Assembly (NCBI GenBank): GCA_041690135.1
Contig: JAWLHY010000007.1
Span: 288,001 to 352,000, forward strand
Direction: 5' to 3'
DNA length: 64,000 bases
DNA from: Armatimonadota bacterium
GTDB taxonomy: Bacteria; Armatimonadota; SYMT01
Shown: one piece after another, positions 47,925-57,569 of the stretch
Layout: each line of letters opens with the position of its first letter
How positions within the stretch are numbered: position 1 is the stretch's first letter
Program-made: the position numbers and the translations under genes
Notes under the pieces: generated by a model
The model's database searches: none
What the model saw: only the letters and a program-made list of their open reading frames with translations
Told to the model about the DNA's origin: nothing

Positions 47925-49816
47925 TGGTTTGTCTCCAGAGAATCACGGCTTGTGTCGCCGTTTGTGGGGAAGGTGTAGAGCGGAGAGCGACGGCCCATGG
48001 GCCGGATCCGGTGCCCGGCTGCCGTTGGAGGCATAGGCCGTGAGGCCAGGGGCGAGGATTCCGCCGGAGCCGTGGTCTGCGGATCGCCGGCAGATGAGAT
48101 CGACCAGCGCACCCCCTTACGCGAGCGCAGCCGGAGGGCGCGGGAGAGGCTCTGCCGCGCGAGGCGGATCCGGAGCCGTGTCGTGTGCAGTACGGCGGAC
48201 AGTTCGCCCCACACGGCTTCCTCCGGGGAGGCTGCTGCCTGCTGGGAGCACGATAGCCCGTCGAGTGCGGCGGCGGCGGCGGCGATTGCGCTTACCGCCG
48301 CCTCGCGCACTTCTTCGGCCTGGCGCACGGCGAGCGCCAGTTCCCCGGACACCGTTGAAGCGAGTTTCCTTACCTCCTGCTCGTTGCGGTCGTGTTCCGC
48401 CGCATTCAGCTCGGTGGTCGACAGCGCCTGCGATAGGTGAGCCTTCTGTTTGTGCCCGGCCAGGGACTCGAGAAGATGAAACGATCTCTCCTGGAGTACC
48501 TGGAGCGCGGCCTCAAGGCCGCCATCGTTACAGGCGTGCCGGGCCTGGTCCAACTGGCGCTTCCCGCGCCCGGTGACCTGCACCGTTGCCCTGGGATCGC
48601 CGCTCCGGAGGGCTCTAGCCTGTTGCAGCAGACTGGCGATCTCTTCAAGAGCATGTTTCTCCCAGGCCGCGAACGTCGCGTACGCCTGCTCGTTGCGGAT
48701 GCGCCGCACGTTCTGCGGGGCACTGGTGGCCTCGATCGCGAGTGTTACCTGGGTGCTTTTCCCCATCTCCAGCAGGTAATGCGCGGCTCGCCCGTCGCCG
48801 TGACCGCTGCGCCTGAGGAGATCGCCGGCGAACTGCTCCAGACCTCGAGAGATCTCCTCGAGCCGGGTTGCGCGCTCCATCAGCGAGGCGGACACCTGGT
48901 CCCGCCGGCCGGGCGACATGCTGTCCCGTAGCTGTGCGGCTTCAGCGGCGACTTGGGTCGCGTCCCGCCGGGCTGCGGCGCAACGCTCTTCCGTGCGGCT
49001 CGCCGTTCTGCGGAGGGCCTGGGTCTCCGCCCGCAAGGCATAGACCTGGTCGGTGAGGTAGCCGGAATCCTCACTGCCGAATGCGAGAGTCAGCCAGGCG
49101 GAAACGGACAGGAGGGCCAGGCTCTGGATGCGATGGTAGAAGCTGGCGCAGGCCGGTTCTCCGAACAGGGCCCACCCATACTCCGCGGCCAGAACTGTGG
49201 TTACCGGCGGAACGAACCCCAGTAGCGCTGCGACCAGTACTCCGTAGCTGGCGGGGTCGCTCCAGTTGGCTGCGGTGCCAGGGGTGGCGTAGTACGCCCG
49301 AACGGTGGCGCCCACCGTTTCCAGTCCGATCAGTAAGGCCAGGAAGCTCCGGATCCAGAGCGTTGGTTCTCCAGCGCGCATCGCGATGCCGAGCTTGATG
49401 CCGGTGGCGATTTCCGCCAGCAGGACCAGTCCTGCCATGGCAGCCGCCAGCAGGGAAATCTCGTCCCACGGCGGTGCGGCTCCAATCCCGTCGCCAGGCA
49501 ACCAGAGCGAGAGCACCTGCGCGAGAATGGGGAAGTTGATCAGGGTGGCGACGCAGCCGAGGACGGAGAGGAAACTGCCCAGCGCAAATAGGGCGTAGCG
49601 CTGCACTTCCGTGCGGTTCTCGTCCAGTTGCAGCCGGCCAGCACCCCACGAGGTCTTCCCAGCCTCGTGCCATCGCTTCGCTGCCCGGCGGATATTGCGG
49701 ATCAGGGGAGGCGTCGCTCCGCGTAGTGCGCAGAAGATCTCGGTGGCGATGCGCACCGCCAGGAGCGTCGCTCCCAGGATCAAGGTGCCAATGAAATCGA
49801 ATTCCAGGACGGACAT
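47921..49816 (-). CDS. Membrane protein with a long C-terminal coiled coil
   Basis: About 5-6 TM segments followed by Ala/Glu/Arg heptads; ATGA overlap with the VWA gene. Confidence 0.7.
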   Translation of the reverse strand: MSVLEFDFIGTLILGATLLAVRIATEIFCALRGATPPLIRNIRRAAKRWHEAGKTSWGAGRLQLDENRTEVQRYALFALGSFLSVLGCVATLINFPILAQVLSLWLPGDGIGAAPPWDEISLLAAAMAGLVLLAEIATGIKLGIAMRAGEPTLWIRSFLALLIGLETVGATVRAYYATPGTAANWSDPASYGVLVAALLGFVPPVTTVLAAEYGWALFGEPACASFYHRIQSLALLSVSAWLTLAFGSEDSGYLTDQVYALRAETQALRRTASRTEERCAAARRDATQVAAEAAQLRDSMSPGRRDQVSASLMERATRLEEISRGLEQFAGDLLRRSGHGDGRAAHYLLEMGKSTQVTLAIEATSAPQNVRRIRNEQAYATFAAWEKHALEEIASLLQQARALRSGDPRATVQVTGRGKRQLDQARHACNDGGLEAALQVLQERSFHLLESLAGHKQKAHLSQALSTTELNAAEHDRNEQEVRKLASTVSGELALAVRQAEEVREAAVSAIAAAAAALDGLSCSQQAAASPEEAVWGELSAVLHTTRLRIRLARQSLSRALRLRSRKGVRWSISSAGDPQTTAPAESSPLASRPMPPTAAGHRIRPMGRRSPLYTFPTNGDTSRDSLETNQ

Positions 49817-49928
49817 GAGTGACTACCTTTCTATAAGCGTGGGTGCGGTCGATGCGTGCGGGCCCGGCAACCGGAGAAGTGCGGAAGTCTGCGGCCGAGT
49901 TCCAGTATCCAAGCGGTGGGTGGGCACT

Positions 49929-50741
49929 TTATTCGGTCCGGTGGACGGTGACCTCGGCGAGACGCTTGCCGCCGGGAAGGCGCACCTCCAGGCGGAAGGT
50001 TTCTCCGGCTCCTCCCTGGTCATCGCCCAGGTGGGCGATCCCCCGGAACTCACCGGCGGACACGAGGAACGGTCCGTCCTGAACCCAGGGCACTCCCGTA
50101 GACCGGGGGATAACCACCACCTCCAGGTGCTCGCCGTCCAGCCCCGGCGCCGAGCCCGCCACCGTGCAGGTCGGCCCACGCTGTCGAGCGCCGTCGGTGG
50201 GGGAGCTGAGGGTGACCGTGGGAGGGGGAATCGACCTGGGCTTCCGGCGCTCCGTGGAACTGCGGGTAGGCGTGGCCGTTCCGCCGGACGTGGTGACGCG
50301 GACGGGCAGCATCGCCTCCGCCGTGCACCCATCCGCTGCCCGCAGCCGGACCGGGATTTCGTCATCGCACCGGAAGGCCGGCGGATGGTAGCGGGTAGGA
50401 CCGCCGTTGGGTGCGACCTGTCCGTGTCCGTACGTCTTCAGGGCACCGAAACGGGGGGAGCCCAGCACCCACTCCACCACCGGCTCGCCGGTGCATTCGT
50501 GGACCGCGTCGATGTGGCCGTCCAGGTTGGCGCCGTCGGGGTCCCCGACTCGCACCCGGATCTCGCCGATAGTTCGGATCCGGATGCCGGGCCCTTTCCC
50601 GGCGTCCGGGGCATTCGTCGCCGGAAGCGTGGAGGCCGCCTCGGGTGTTAACGATTGGGACGGGCGTTTGATCCGGGCACAACCACCGCTGAGAACGAAG
50701 GCGGCCAGTAGCCCGAACGCCGCAGAACGATTGACTGACAT
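49929..50741 (-). CDS. Putative lipoprotein with Ig-like domains
   Basis: LSGGC lipobox-like; VTLSSPTDG and WVQ...GIAHLGD beta-sandwich pattern; GAGGAG RBS. Confidence 0.65.
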   Translation of the reverse strand: MSVNRSAAFGLLAAFVLSGGCARIKRPSQSLTPEAASTLPATNAPDAGKGPGIRIRTIGEIRVRVGDPDGANLDGHIDAVHECTGEPVVEWVLGSPRFGALKTYGHGQVAPNGGPTRYHPPAFRCDDEIPVRLRAADGCTAEAMLPVRVTTSGGTATPTRSSTERRKPRSIPPPTVTLSSPTDGARQRGPTCTVAGSAPGLDGEHLEVVVIPRSTGVPWVQDGPFLVSAGEFRGIAHLGDDQGGAGETFRLEVRLPGGKRLAEVTVHRTE

Positions 50742-50792
50742 GAGACTGGCTCCTCGGCGCCCCACCAGCGGGGCGCGCTCAGTCTCATGCGG

Positions 50793-50814
50793 CAGAACAT
50801 TCCGGGAATTTTCC
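50793..50814 (-). promoter_or_regulatory. Putative operator: two 11-bp units GGAAAATTCCC-GGAATGTTCTG
   Basis: 15-mer identical to 54540-54554; begins 73 bp upstream of the ATG at 50741. Confidence 0.6.
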
Positions 50815-50824
50815 CGACCTTGAC

Positions 50825-51988
50825 TTATGGGCGATGGAGGAACCCCCGCCACGAACGACGGAGCGCTTCCGGGAGCGGGCTGTTCAGTTCGAGGAGCGGG
50901 GCGGCGTCTTGCCTTTGGAGTTGGTCCACCCAGAGCAACAGGTCGCCCGGTGCGGGGGCAGGCCGGGATCCGCCCGCGGTACCCCGGTCGCCCATCTCCA
51001 GGAGTTTGGCCGCCGCCGCGGTTCGTTCCGTTTTGAGGTCGGGACAGTTGGCCATGTACAGCAGCAACGCCGCTCGGAAATACTCACGGAGCGACACTTC
51101 ATTCGACCACGACCGTGCACGGGCCCAGACTGCAGCCTCCTGGAGAGCGTCACACAGAATCTGTGCCTGGTCGGTGCTCCGCTCGTGCCACTTGAACTCC
51201 GTGCAGATCCAGTGCAGCTCCTTCCGCAGCAGGGGGCCCAGATCCGGTCCGCAATCCCTATGCGCGGACTGCCGAATCAAGTCCTCGACCGTCTCTTGCC
51301 AGCGCGATTTGAGACTACCGGCCCGCAGCCGGTCAACAGTCGCCTCCAGGTGCTCCACCACCAGATCCACGCCGACACCCTTGGCGAGGCCGCGCGCTCG
51401 GATCGCATCCAGGGCCACCTGGCACCGGTGAATTTCCCGAATGCGCAGTTCTTCATTGACGGGAACGAACCACGGATCAACGGCCTCCAGGTTGGTTTCG
51501 TAGGCTGGGAACCCTTTCTCCGCACCTCCGAAGCTCGATCGGAAGTGATCGGTGTTCTTACCGGGCGCGCCCAGGACTCGCACTTTGGCTCCCACCCACC
51601 TCGAGAAGCCGTCGTTCAGGTGGTTGATCAAGCGCGAAAGGCGCCGCATTTCGACGGAGTGCGCCTCCGATTTTTGGATGTAGAGGCCCCAGGTCCAGTG
51701 AAAGGCCCGCTCCATAGTTCCGAGGGTGAAGTCCAGATCGCAAAGTGCCGCGTGGCGCAACAACCAGTAGTCGGTCCCGCTCACGACAAGATCCTTGCGG
51801 CCCAGCCAGGTCAGGCGGGCGCCCTCCTGGAGCGGATCGAACTCGATGCGGAGTCGCAGAGATGGAAGTGTGGTGACCCGCTCGCGCGCGGGAAACGCCG
51901 CATACCAGGCTTCGATGGCCTCGAGCCGCTGGCGTAGCTCGTGCAACGTTTCGGCGATGCCGTCGGGGGTGCTTTCCGGTGTGCTCAT
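50825..51988 (-). CDS. Hypothetical cytoplasmic protein, possible DNA-binding output domain; in frame with the upstream SBP gene
   Basis: No clear RBS; separated from the 52043-53623 ORF by one TAA and 18 sense codons. Confidence 0.6.
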   Translation of the reverse strand: MSTPESTPDGIAETLHELRQRLEAIEAWYAAFPARERVTTLPSLRLRIEFDPLQEGARLTWLGRKDLVVSGTDYWLLRHAALCDLDFTLGTMERAFHWTWGLYIQKSEAHSVEMRRLSRLINHLNDGFSRWVGAKVRVLGAPGKNTDHFRSSFGGAEKGFPAYETNLEAVDPWFVPVNEELRIREIHRCQVALDAIRARGLAKGVGVDLVVEHLEATVDRLRAGSLKSRWQETVEDLIRQSAHRDCGPDLGPLLRKELHWICTEFKWHERSTDQAQILCDALQEAAVWARARSWSNEVSLREYFRAALLLYMANCPDLKTERTAAAAKLLEMGDRGTAGGSRPAPAPGDLLLWVDQLQRQDAAPLLELNSPLPEALRRSWRGFLHRP

Positions 51989-52042
51989 GGTCACCGCGTC
52001 TTGAAGGAGCGCAGGGGAGTCGGCTGGTGGACCGGGCTCCCG

Positions 52043-53623
52043 TTACGGAGGGTTCGGGGTGGGACGTTGGGCGGCCAACTCATCCCGAATCTGTTCGAGT
52101 TGCAGATACTCCTGGTTGCGGAGCTCCACTTCTTTCCGCCAGGCCGATTGGCGCAACGAAGATCGGACGTACAATCCCGTCACGATCAGCAATGCAACCG
52201 ATAGGCCGGCGATCAGGGTCAGTGCCAGGCGGCTTTGTTGTTCCTGCCGGACCGGTTGATTGGCGGCGGCTTCCGCGTTGGAGAGCGCTTCCCGGACCAG
52301 CTCTCGCCGGTGGGGTGCCGATGCCGGCTCGACTTCGTAGAGGGTGCCCAGTCGTTTCCAGAAGAAGTAGAGCTCGTCCAGGACCGCCTGCACTTCCATC
52401 CTTGCAGGCCATGCCGCGAGCCGGTGGGCCGAGGATCGGCTCCGGAGCGTGGCCAGATGTTGCGGGGAGCAGTCTCCGCCCAGGGCGGCATCGAAGAAGC
52501 GCCGGAATTCGAAGCGCCGCCAGGCGGTGTCGGTTGCGGGCAGGAACTGCACCATCTCGACGTGCCGGAGCTGGTTCTCCTCGCGCAGCAGGAACGTGAT
52601 CCAGTCCTGCTCCGGTTGAAGGGTTGCCGCCTGGGTGCCCGGGGGACCGATCACCGTCAGGACAGAGCCGCCCGTTACCGCCCGCACCGGATCGTCGCCA
52701 AGCGCGGGGGGCAGTACCGCGCCGATCTTCCGCTCCCAATCGGGTCCCAGTTGCCGACGCGCCCGCCAGGCGACCCAGGGCTCCATCACGGTCATGGCGC
52801 ACCGGCCGTTGAGAAAGTCTCGCGTTAGATCCAGGTTGCTCCGCTCATCGGGATCCAGGAACCCCTCTTCGGAGAGCGTCATCAGGAAATCGGCGGCCCG
52901 CTTTGCGGATCCCCGCGACAGGCGCGCTTCCTGCAATCCGGGAGCGTCTTCCAACAGATTGCCGCCGGCCGCTCCTACCCAGAAGTCCAGGTTCCAGAGG
53001 ATGTCCCAATCACGTCGCGTCGAAATGGCCAGGGGAGTGAGGCCCTGGTTCTTGATGCGACGAAAAGCCCGCAGTAGCCCGGTGCGGGTTTGGAGGTCCG
53101 CCGGGTCCACGTGCTTCTTCCAGTACCACAGGAGGCGCACGTCGTTGAAATACCGGTGGTGGGTTCTTACGATGCCCTTGTTCTGGAAGTGACGAAGCCA
53201 GGTGTCTCCCAGGACTGCCACGAACGGTTCGCGGGCGACGCGGCTCTCCGCCTCCAGGCGAGACAACCACTCCGGGGGATCGATGAAAGTGACGGTCACC
53301 CGATTTGCGGGGTACCGGGTTTCAAACGCCTGGATGTCGCGGAAGAGCTGCTTCTGTCCCAGCACCATCCGGGCGAGCCCGTGGTTACTCAGCAACTCGC
53401 TCTCGGTGTTCTCCACATTCGGATGATCGCGTTTGAACCGGCGCACCTCCGCAGGACCGGGGATTTGGGAGACTGGTTGCTCCAGGTGCGGCAGGCAGAG
53501 AAAGCGGATGCGGCGCTTCGCGGCGGGTTGAGCCGCGGCCCCGGCCGCCCACCCTGCGAGCAAGACCAACGCCAGCCAGGCGGCGGCCCTCCCTGCCGGC
53601 GTCAGTAAGGAACGGGGAGCCAT
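52043..53623 (-). CDS. Sugar-type extracellular solute-binding protein with a C-terminal TM helix and coiled coil
   Basis: Signal peptide; DVRLLWYWK, FLNGRCAM, GGSVL, FLPA SBP family-1 motifs; LALTLIAGLSVALLIVTGLYV TM segment. Confidence 0.75.
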   Translation of the reverse strand: MAPRSLLTPAGRAAAWLALVLLAGWAAGAAAQPAAKRRIRFLCLPHLEQPVSQIPGPAEVRRFKRDHPNVENTESELLSNHGLARMVLGQKQLFRDIQAFETRYPANRVTVTFIDPPEWLSRLEAESRVAREPFVAVLGDTWLRHFQNKGIVRTHHRYFNDVRLLWYWKKHVDPADLQTRTGLLRAFRRIKNQGLTPLAISTRRDWDILWNLDFWVGAAGGNLLEDAPGLQEARLSRGSAKRAADFLMTLSEEGFLDPDERSNLDLTRDFLNGRCAMTVMEPWVAWRARRQLGPDWERKIGAVLPPALGDDPVRAVTGGSVLTVIGPPGTQAATLQPEQDWITFLLREENQLRHVEMVQFLPATDTAWRRFEFRRFFDAALGGDCSPQHLATLRSRSSAHRLAAWPARMEVQAVLDELYFFWKRLGTLYEVEPASAPHRRELVREALSNAEAAANQPVRQEQQSRLALTLIAGLSVALLIVTGLYVRSSLRQSAWRKEVELRNQEYLQLEQIRDELAAQRPTPNPP

Positions 53624-53624
53624 C

Positions 53625-54422
53625 TTATCTGCCTTGCCCACGGATAGGCGTAAGCTTCACCTGCACTCGCGTGAGTTGACCGGCCCGAGCCTCTACACCT
53701 TCGATGCTTCCCTGGAACTGCCTCCCGTCCGCGAGCTTGCAGGCTACCCGGCAGTTTGCCGGCATCCCTGCAGCCACCGGTAAGGGCGCCGCCCCCTCCA
53801 TCCCGGTGGCGGAGGCAAGAGTACCGCCGGAGAGGACCACGCGAGCCGCGGGCGCCGGGCTGCCGTCGGGAAGGAGAGCTTCAAAGATCACTACCCCGGT
53901 CCGGAGGTCCCCCAGAGCACGGAGTGCTCCCTCCGCGGGGCTCCAGAAGAAGCCACCCTGCGGATCCCAGCAGCGTGCGTGCGAGAGATAAGCCGCTTGG
54001 GCGTAGGCCATTGTGGCCTGCTTCCGACTCACGGGTGTCGGCGGCTTGTCCCGCATCAGCGCTTCGGCGGTGATGAAGAAACAGGTGGCAGTGTCGTTCA
54101 GGAGTCCCCGCTCGTGGATCGCCTTTTCTTCTGCTGCGGATACGGTCCCCACTGGCGGCGATTGAGCCTGTTCCTGGTTTATCTGCGCGCTCAACCGGGC
54201 CTGCATGGCGCGTGCCTGCGTGTGGAAAGCGCCTGTCACTTTCCGCGCGCAGGCAACGGCTTCCGCGGTATTTCCCAGGGTCAGGTGCGCCCAGGCCTGG
54301 CTGGTCCATTTCACGTTGTCCGGCTGGCTCTCGGCGGCGGGATCCGCCGGGGAACCCGCCACGCCGGCGAAGGCCAGGCAAAGGAAGACAGATGTCCAGC
54401 ATCGACGGATCCGGTGAGACAT
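53625..54422 (-). CDS. Exported TPR-like protein (often labelled beta-glucanase precursor) with a C-terminal beta domain
   Basis: TSQAW...LNDTATCFFI...CWDPQGGFFWSPA motif recalled from beta-glucan-associated loci. Confidence 0.6.
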   Translation of the reverse strand: MSHRIRRCWTSVFLCLAFAGVAGSPADPAAESQPDNVKWTSQAWAHLTLGNTAEAVACARKVTGAFHTQARAMQARLSAQINQEQAQSPPVGTVSAAEEKAIHERGLLNDTATCFFITAEALMRDKPPTPVSRKQATMAYAQAAYLSHARCWDPQGGFFWSPAEGALRALGDLRTGVVIFEALLPDGSPAPAARVVLSGGTLASATGMEGAAPLPVAAGMPANCRVACKLADGRQFQGSIEGVEARAGQLTRVQVKLTPIRGQGR

Positions 54423-54539
54423 TTTGAACTCCTTGAAATCCCGTCAGGAAGGAACTTGTGGGCACAACTCGACAATTCCTCCGTCAGGTGCTGCGCCCCG
54501 GATGCCTTGCTGCCCCGCGCGCTTCTAACCCTTCCCCCC

Positions 54540-54561
54540 GGAAAATTCCCGGAACATTCCG
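54540..54561 (+). promoter_or_regulatory. Putative operator: two 11-bp units GGAAAATTCCC-GGAACATTCCG
   Basis: Matches 50793-50814; begins 70 bp upstream of the ATG at 54610. Confidence 0.6.
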
Positions 54562-54609
54562 GGGGAGTCCGGGTGGGGACGGAGGATCGACTGGTGGTAG
54601 GAGGGTGCC

Positions 54610-56571
54610 ATGCGACGTACCGGAGAGATGTTGAAATGGCTGGGGCTGGTGGGCCTTTGCCTGGCCGGGGCCGTGGTCGACGGCAGAGTTCAGGAACCTG
54701 CACCTCCGGCAGTCTCCGGACCGGCCACGCGTGCCTTTGAGTACCTCTCGGAGCAGATGGATGCGACGCATTCCAGCTTCTGGATCTACCGCGATGTCGA
54801 CTCCGGGGCGAACCACTACTACCCCAGCCGGTGGCTGAATGGGGCCACCAATATGAAAGTGGACCCCGCCTGGCGGCAGAAACCCTTCTCGGGCGACACG
54901 TGTATCCGCATCGAGTGGGACGGGAAACCGGGGAAAGACACTTTCCGCTGGAATGGTCTCCAGTTTACGGACTCGCCCACCCCGGAAGGCGATCTCGGCA
55001 CCGGCTACGACCTGAGCCGGGCCGTCGTGCTGCGGGGGCGGGTGCGGACCGAGACCCCCGGCATGCGGATCCAGACCCTCGTGTCGTACCCCGAGGCTCC
55101 CGGTGGGGTGACCGGGGATTGGACCGCTCCCCTCCATCGTGAATGGGGCGCTTTCGAAGTAAGTCTGGAAGGCCGGCAGGAGAGGCTCAATCCACTGCAA
55201 GTGCCCCTAACCGTCGTATTCAACGACTTCTTCGTGCCGGATCCCAAACGGGGCTGCGTTGTCTACCTGGATGAACTGGAGGTAGTCCTTTCCGAGCCGG
55301 CGCGCCGAAAACGATTGGACGAGCCGCGCCTGCTCGCCAGCTTTTCGCGCCACCCCGACGTGGATGTCCCCGCAAACAGATGCGTCTCCTACACATATGA
55401 CGTGGCAATTGTCGCGCTCGCTTACCTTGCCCGAGGTACGCCCGACGACGTTCGGCGGGCCCGCATTCTTGGCGATGGTTTGCTCCGGTGCCAGGAGCAA
55501 GACCGGGCGTTTTCCGACGGCCGCCTGCGGAACGGCATGCTGGCTGGGGACCTGGAACTACATCCGGGCGATAAGGTGCGCCTCCCGGGGTGGTGGGATC
55601 CGGAAGCGGGAGCTTGGAGAGAGGATCGCTTTCAAGTCAGCAGCCACCTGGGAAACACATGCTGGGCCGGCCTGGCTTTTCTCACGCTCCATGACCGGAC
55701 AGGAGACGCCCAATACCTTTCCGCCGCGGTGAAGCTGGGCGAATGGATCCTGAAGAACTGCCAGGATAAAATGCGCCCCGATGGGTTTATCGGGGGCTGG
55801 GAAGGCTGGGAAGCACGTGAGCTGGCCGCCAGGGGCCGGCTTCCGGTGACGCGAAGGCCAACCCCTCAGGTTCCGGCGGCATATAAGTCCACCGAAATGT
55901 GCCTGGACGCGATCCCCTTCTTCGCGCGCCTGTATCAGCGGACGGGGAACCGCAGCTATCTGGAAGCCTGCCACAGCGCTCGGAGACTGGTGCTGAAAAT
56001 GTACCAGGGCGGTCGCTTCGTCACCGGCACGCGCGTCCCAACCCCAACGCAGGTGGGGGATCTGCCCAACCCTGGACCTACCCCGCTGGACGTCAACACC
56101 TGGGCCGTGCTCGTGCTCGGAGCCACCCCCGAAACGCGCGCGGCCATGCGCTGGGCGCAGGAAGCCTGCCGGGTCAACGAGCGGGAGAGGAGGAGGTTCG
56201 ACGGGTTTGACTTCAACGCAGACGACCGCGACGCCGTTTGGGTAGAAGGGACCGGCCAGGCTATCCTGGCACTGCGCATGCTCGGACAGGAGAAGGAAGC
56301 GAACCACTTTCTCTCCGAACTGCGCAGGATCCAGGCGAGCTGCCCCGGTGGCGATGGGAAGGGCCTGGTGGCGGCCACACGGGATCGGATGACCACCGGC
56401 TTCAAGCTGACCGCAGTCAGCGCGCGGGGGGAGTTGGAAAGCGTTGATTGGCTGTACTACCGCCAGATGGCAATAGCCGGTACGGCCTGGTTCCTTTACA
56501 GCGAATTAGATTACAATCCGTATTGGGACTGCCCGACCGACCGGCCGGTCCCCGTGCTTCCAGACCTGTGA
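54610..56571 (+). CDS. Exported protein: CBM-like domain plus putative (alpha/alpha)6 glycoside hydrolase/transglycosylase domain
   Basis: NHYYPSRW...SGDTCIRI...YDLS...VYLDE jelly-roll; YTYDVA, DGRLRN, LPGWWD, GNTCW, KSTE, LDVNTW, WVEGTGQ; AGGAGG RBS. Confidence 0.7.
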   Translation: MRRTGEMLKWLGLVGLCLAGAVVDGRVQEPAPPAVSGPATRAFEYLSEQMDATHSSFWIYRDVDSGANHYYPSRWLNGATNMKVDPAWRQKPFSGDTCIRIEWDGKPGKDTFRWNGLQFTDSPTPEGDLGTGYDLSRAVVLRGRVRTETPGMRIQTLVSYPEAPGGVTGDWTAPLHREWGAFEVSLEGRQERLNPLQVPLTVVFNDFFVPDPKRGCVVYLDELEVVLSEPARRKRLDEPRLLASFSRHPDVDVPANRCVSYTYDVAIVALAYLARGTPDDVRRARILGDGLLRCQEQDRAFSDGRLRNGMLAGDLELHPGDKVRLPGWWDPEAGAWREDRFQVSSHLGNTCWAGLAFLTLHDRTGDAQYLSAAVKLGEWILKNCQDKMRPDGFIGGWEGWEARELAARGRLPVTRRPTPQVPAAYKSTEMCLDAIPFFARLYQRTGNRSYLEACHSARRLVLKMYQGGRFVTGTRVPTPTQVGDLPNPGPTPLDVNTWAVLVLGATPETRAAMRWAQEACRVNERERRRFDGFDFNADDRDAVWVEGTGQAILALRMLGQEKEANHFLSELRRIQASCPGGDGKGLVAATRDRMTTGFKLTAVSARGELESVDWLYYRQMAIAGTAWFLYSELDYNPYWDCPTDRPVPVLPDL

Positions 56572-56589
56572 ACTTGCGGCCCTGTATAC

Positions 56590-56618
56590 TTGACGGCCCA
56601 CCCCAGGAGTGCTACGCT
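56590..56618 (+). promoter_or_regulatory. sigma70-type promoter
   Basis: TTGACG-17 nt-TACGCT with TG extension. Confidence 0.6.
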
Positions 56619-56665
56619 AAACCTGACTAACCTGACCAGGTTACTTGTGTTTTCTCGAGGGCCAG

Positions 56666-57388
56666 ATGTACCCGGTTTCCGTGCCGCCGATCGAAACCAC
56701 CGCCGATTGCCTCCGCGCTTTTTTCATGAGCGGCACGGCCCTGCATCCCGGTCCGGTAGCGGAACTGGCGCCCCGTAGCGGCAACTGCCCGACGTTCCCG
56801 CGGAATGGATGCCTGGCATCCGTTCCCTGTGGTTTGGTGGACGTGCGGGACCTCGCCGCTACCCTGGTTCAACTGCCGGCGCCCCCCTGGAGCGAGCCGG
56901 AGCTCCGCTTCCGGGTGCGCCCGGAGGTCGCCTCGCGGCTGGCGCGGGCCGCCGAGATGCTTCCCAGCGACATCCGTATCGGCTTCTGGGAGGGTCTGCG
57001 TCCCCTTTACGTGCAGCAAGCGCTCTGGGAGACCGGCTTCGACTACCTCCGCCGCACCCATCCGGAGCTCACCGTCGACGCGTTGGAAAGCGTGCTCGAG
57101 CAATTCGTGGCCCGGCCGTCCGGAGCGGTGCCGCCGCACAGCACCGGTAGCGCCGTGGACCTCGCCCCCGTGAATGCCTTTGGCCAGGTGCTGTCTCCCA
57201 CGGATGCGTGGGGCCGCCTCGCCAACGAGACGCTCGCCCGGGCTCTGAACGCCGCCGGGCTCGCCAACTACACCCCCGAGTGGTGGCACTGGTCTTACGG
57301 CGACGAAGAGTGGGCGCGGGCATACGACTGCGCCCCCATGGCCTTCGCCACCGCCCCGGAATTCGACGGGCCGGGTGGGGGCATCTAA
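56666..57388 (+). CDS. M15D D-Ala-D-Ala dipeptidase (VanX/DdpX-like)
   Basis: EGLRP, PHSTGSAVDL, EWWHWSYGD; start uncertain. Confidence 0.85.
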   Translation: MYPVSVPPIETTADCLRAFFMSGTALHPGPVAELAPRSGNCPTFPRNGCLASVPCGLVDVRDLAATLVQLPAPPWSEPELRFRVRPEVASRLARAAEMLPSDIRIGFWEGLRPLYVQQALWETGFDYLRRTHPELTVDALESVLEQFVARPSGAVPPHSTGSAVDLAPVNAFGQVLSPTDAWGRLANETLARALNAAGLANYTPEWWHWSYGDEEWARAYDCAPMAFATAPEFDGPGGGI

Positions 57389-57392
57389 ACCA

Positions 57393-57569
57393 TCAGATCC
57401 GGATCAAGCGCCGCACCAGGCCCACGATAAAGATCACCACCAGCGCGACAATCGCCAGGTGCAGCACGGTCCATGCCAGCCCGAGCACCACGCTCACGAT
57501 CTTCAGGATCGTCGGTAGCAGTACCAGCGCCAGCACGATCCCGAGTACGATCTTCCAGGTCTCGCTCAT
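57393..57569 (-). CDS. Small two-TM membrane protein (58 aa)
   Basis: MSETWKIVLGIVLALVLLP...; GGAAGG RBS. Confidence 0.75.
   Translation of the reverse strand: MSETWKIVLGIVLALVLLPTILKIVSVVLGLAWTVLHLAIVALVVIFIVGLVRRLIRI

Noticed and set aside
37231-52045. Genome-wide stop-codon reassignment explaining the in-frame TAG and TAA
   Set aside because: TAG and TAA terminate well-conserved genes here (DUF1501, Dabb, kdsC, Gfo/Idh/MocA), and no suppressor tRNA or pyl genes are visible.
43777-57388. Antibiotic-resistance island (APH plus VanX)
   Set aside because: The genes are distant, belong to broad housekeeping-type families, and have no vanHA or mobile-element context.
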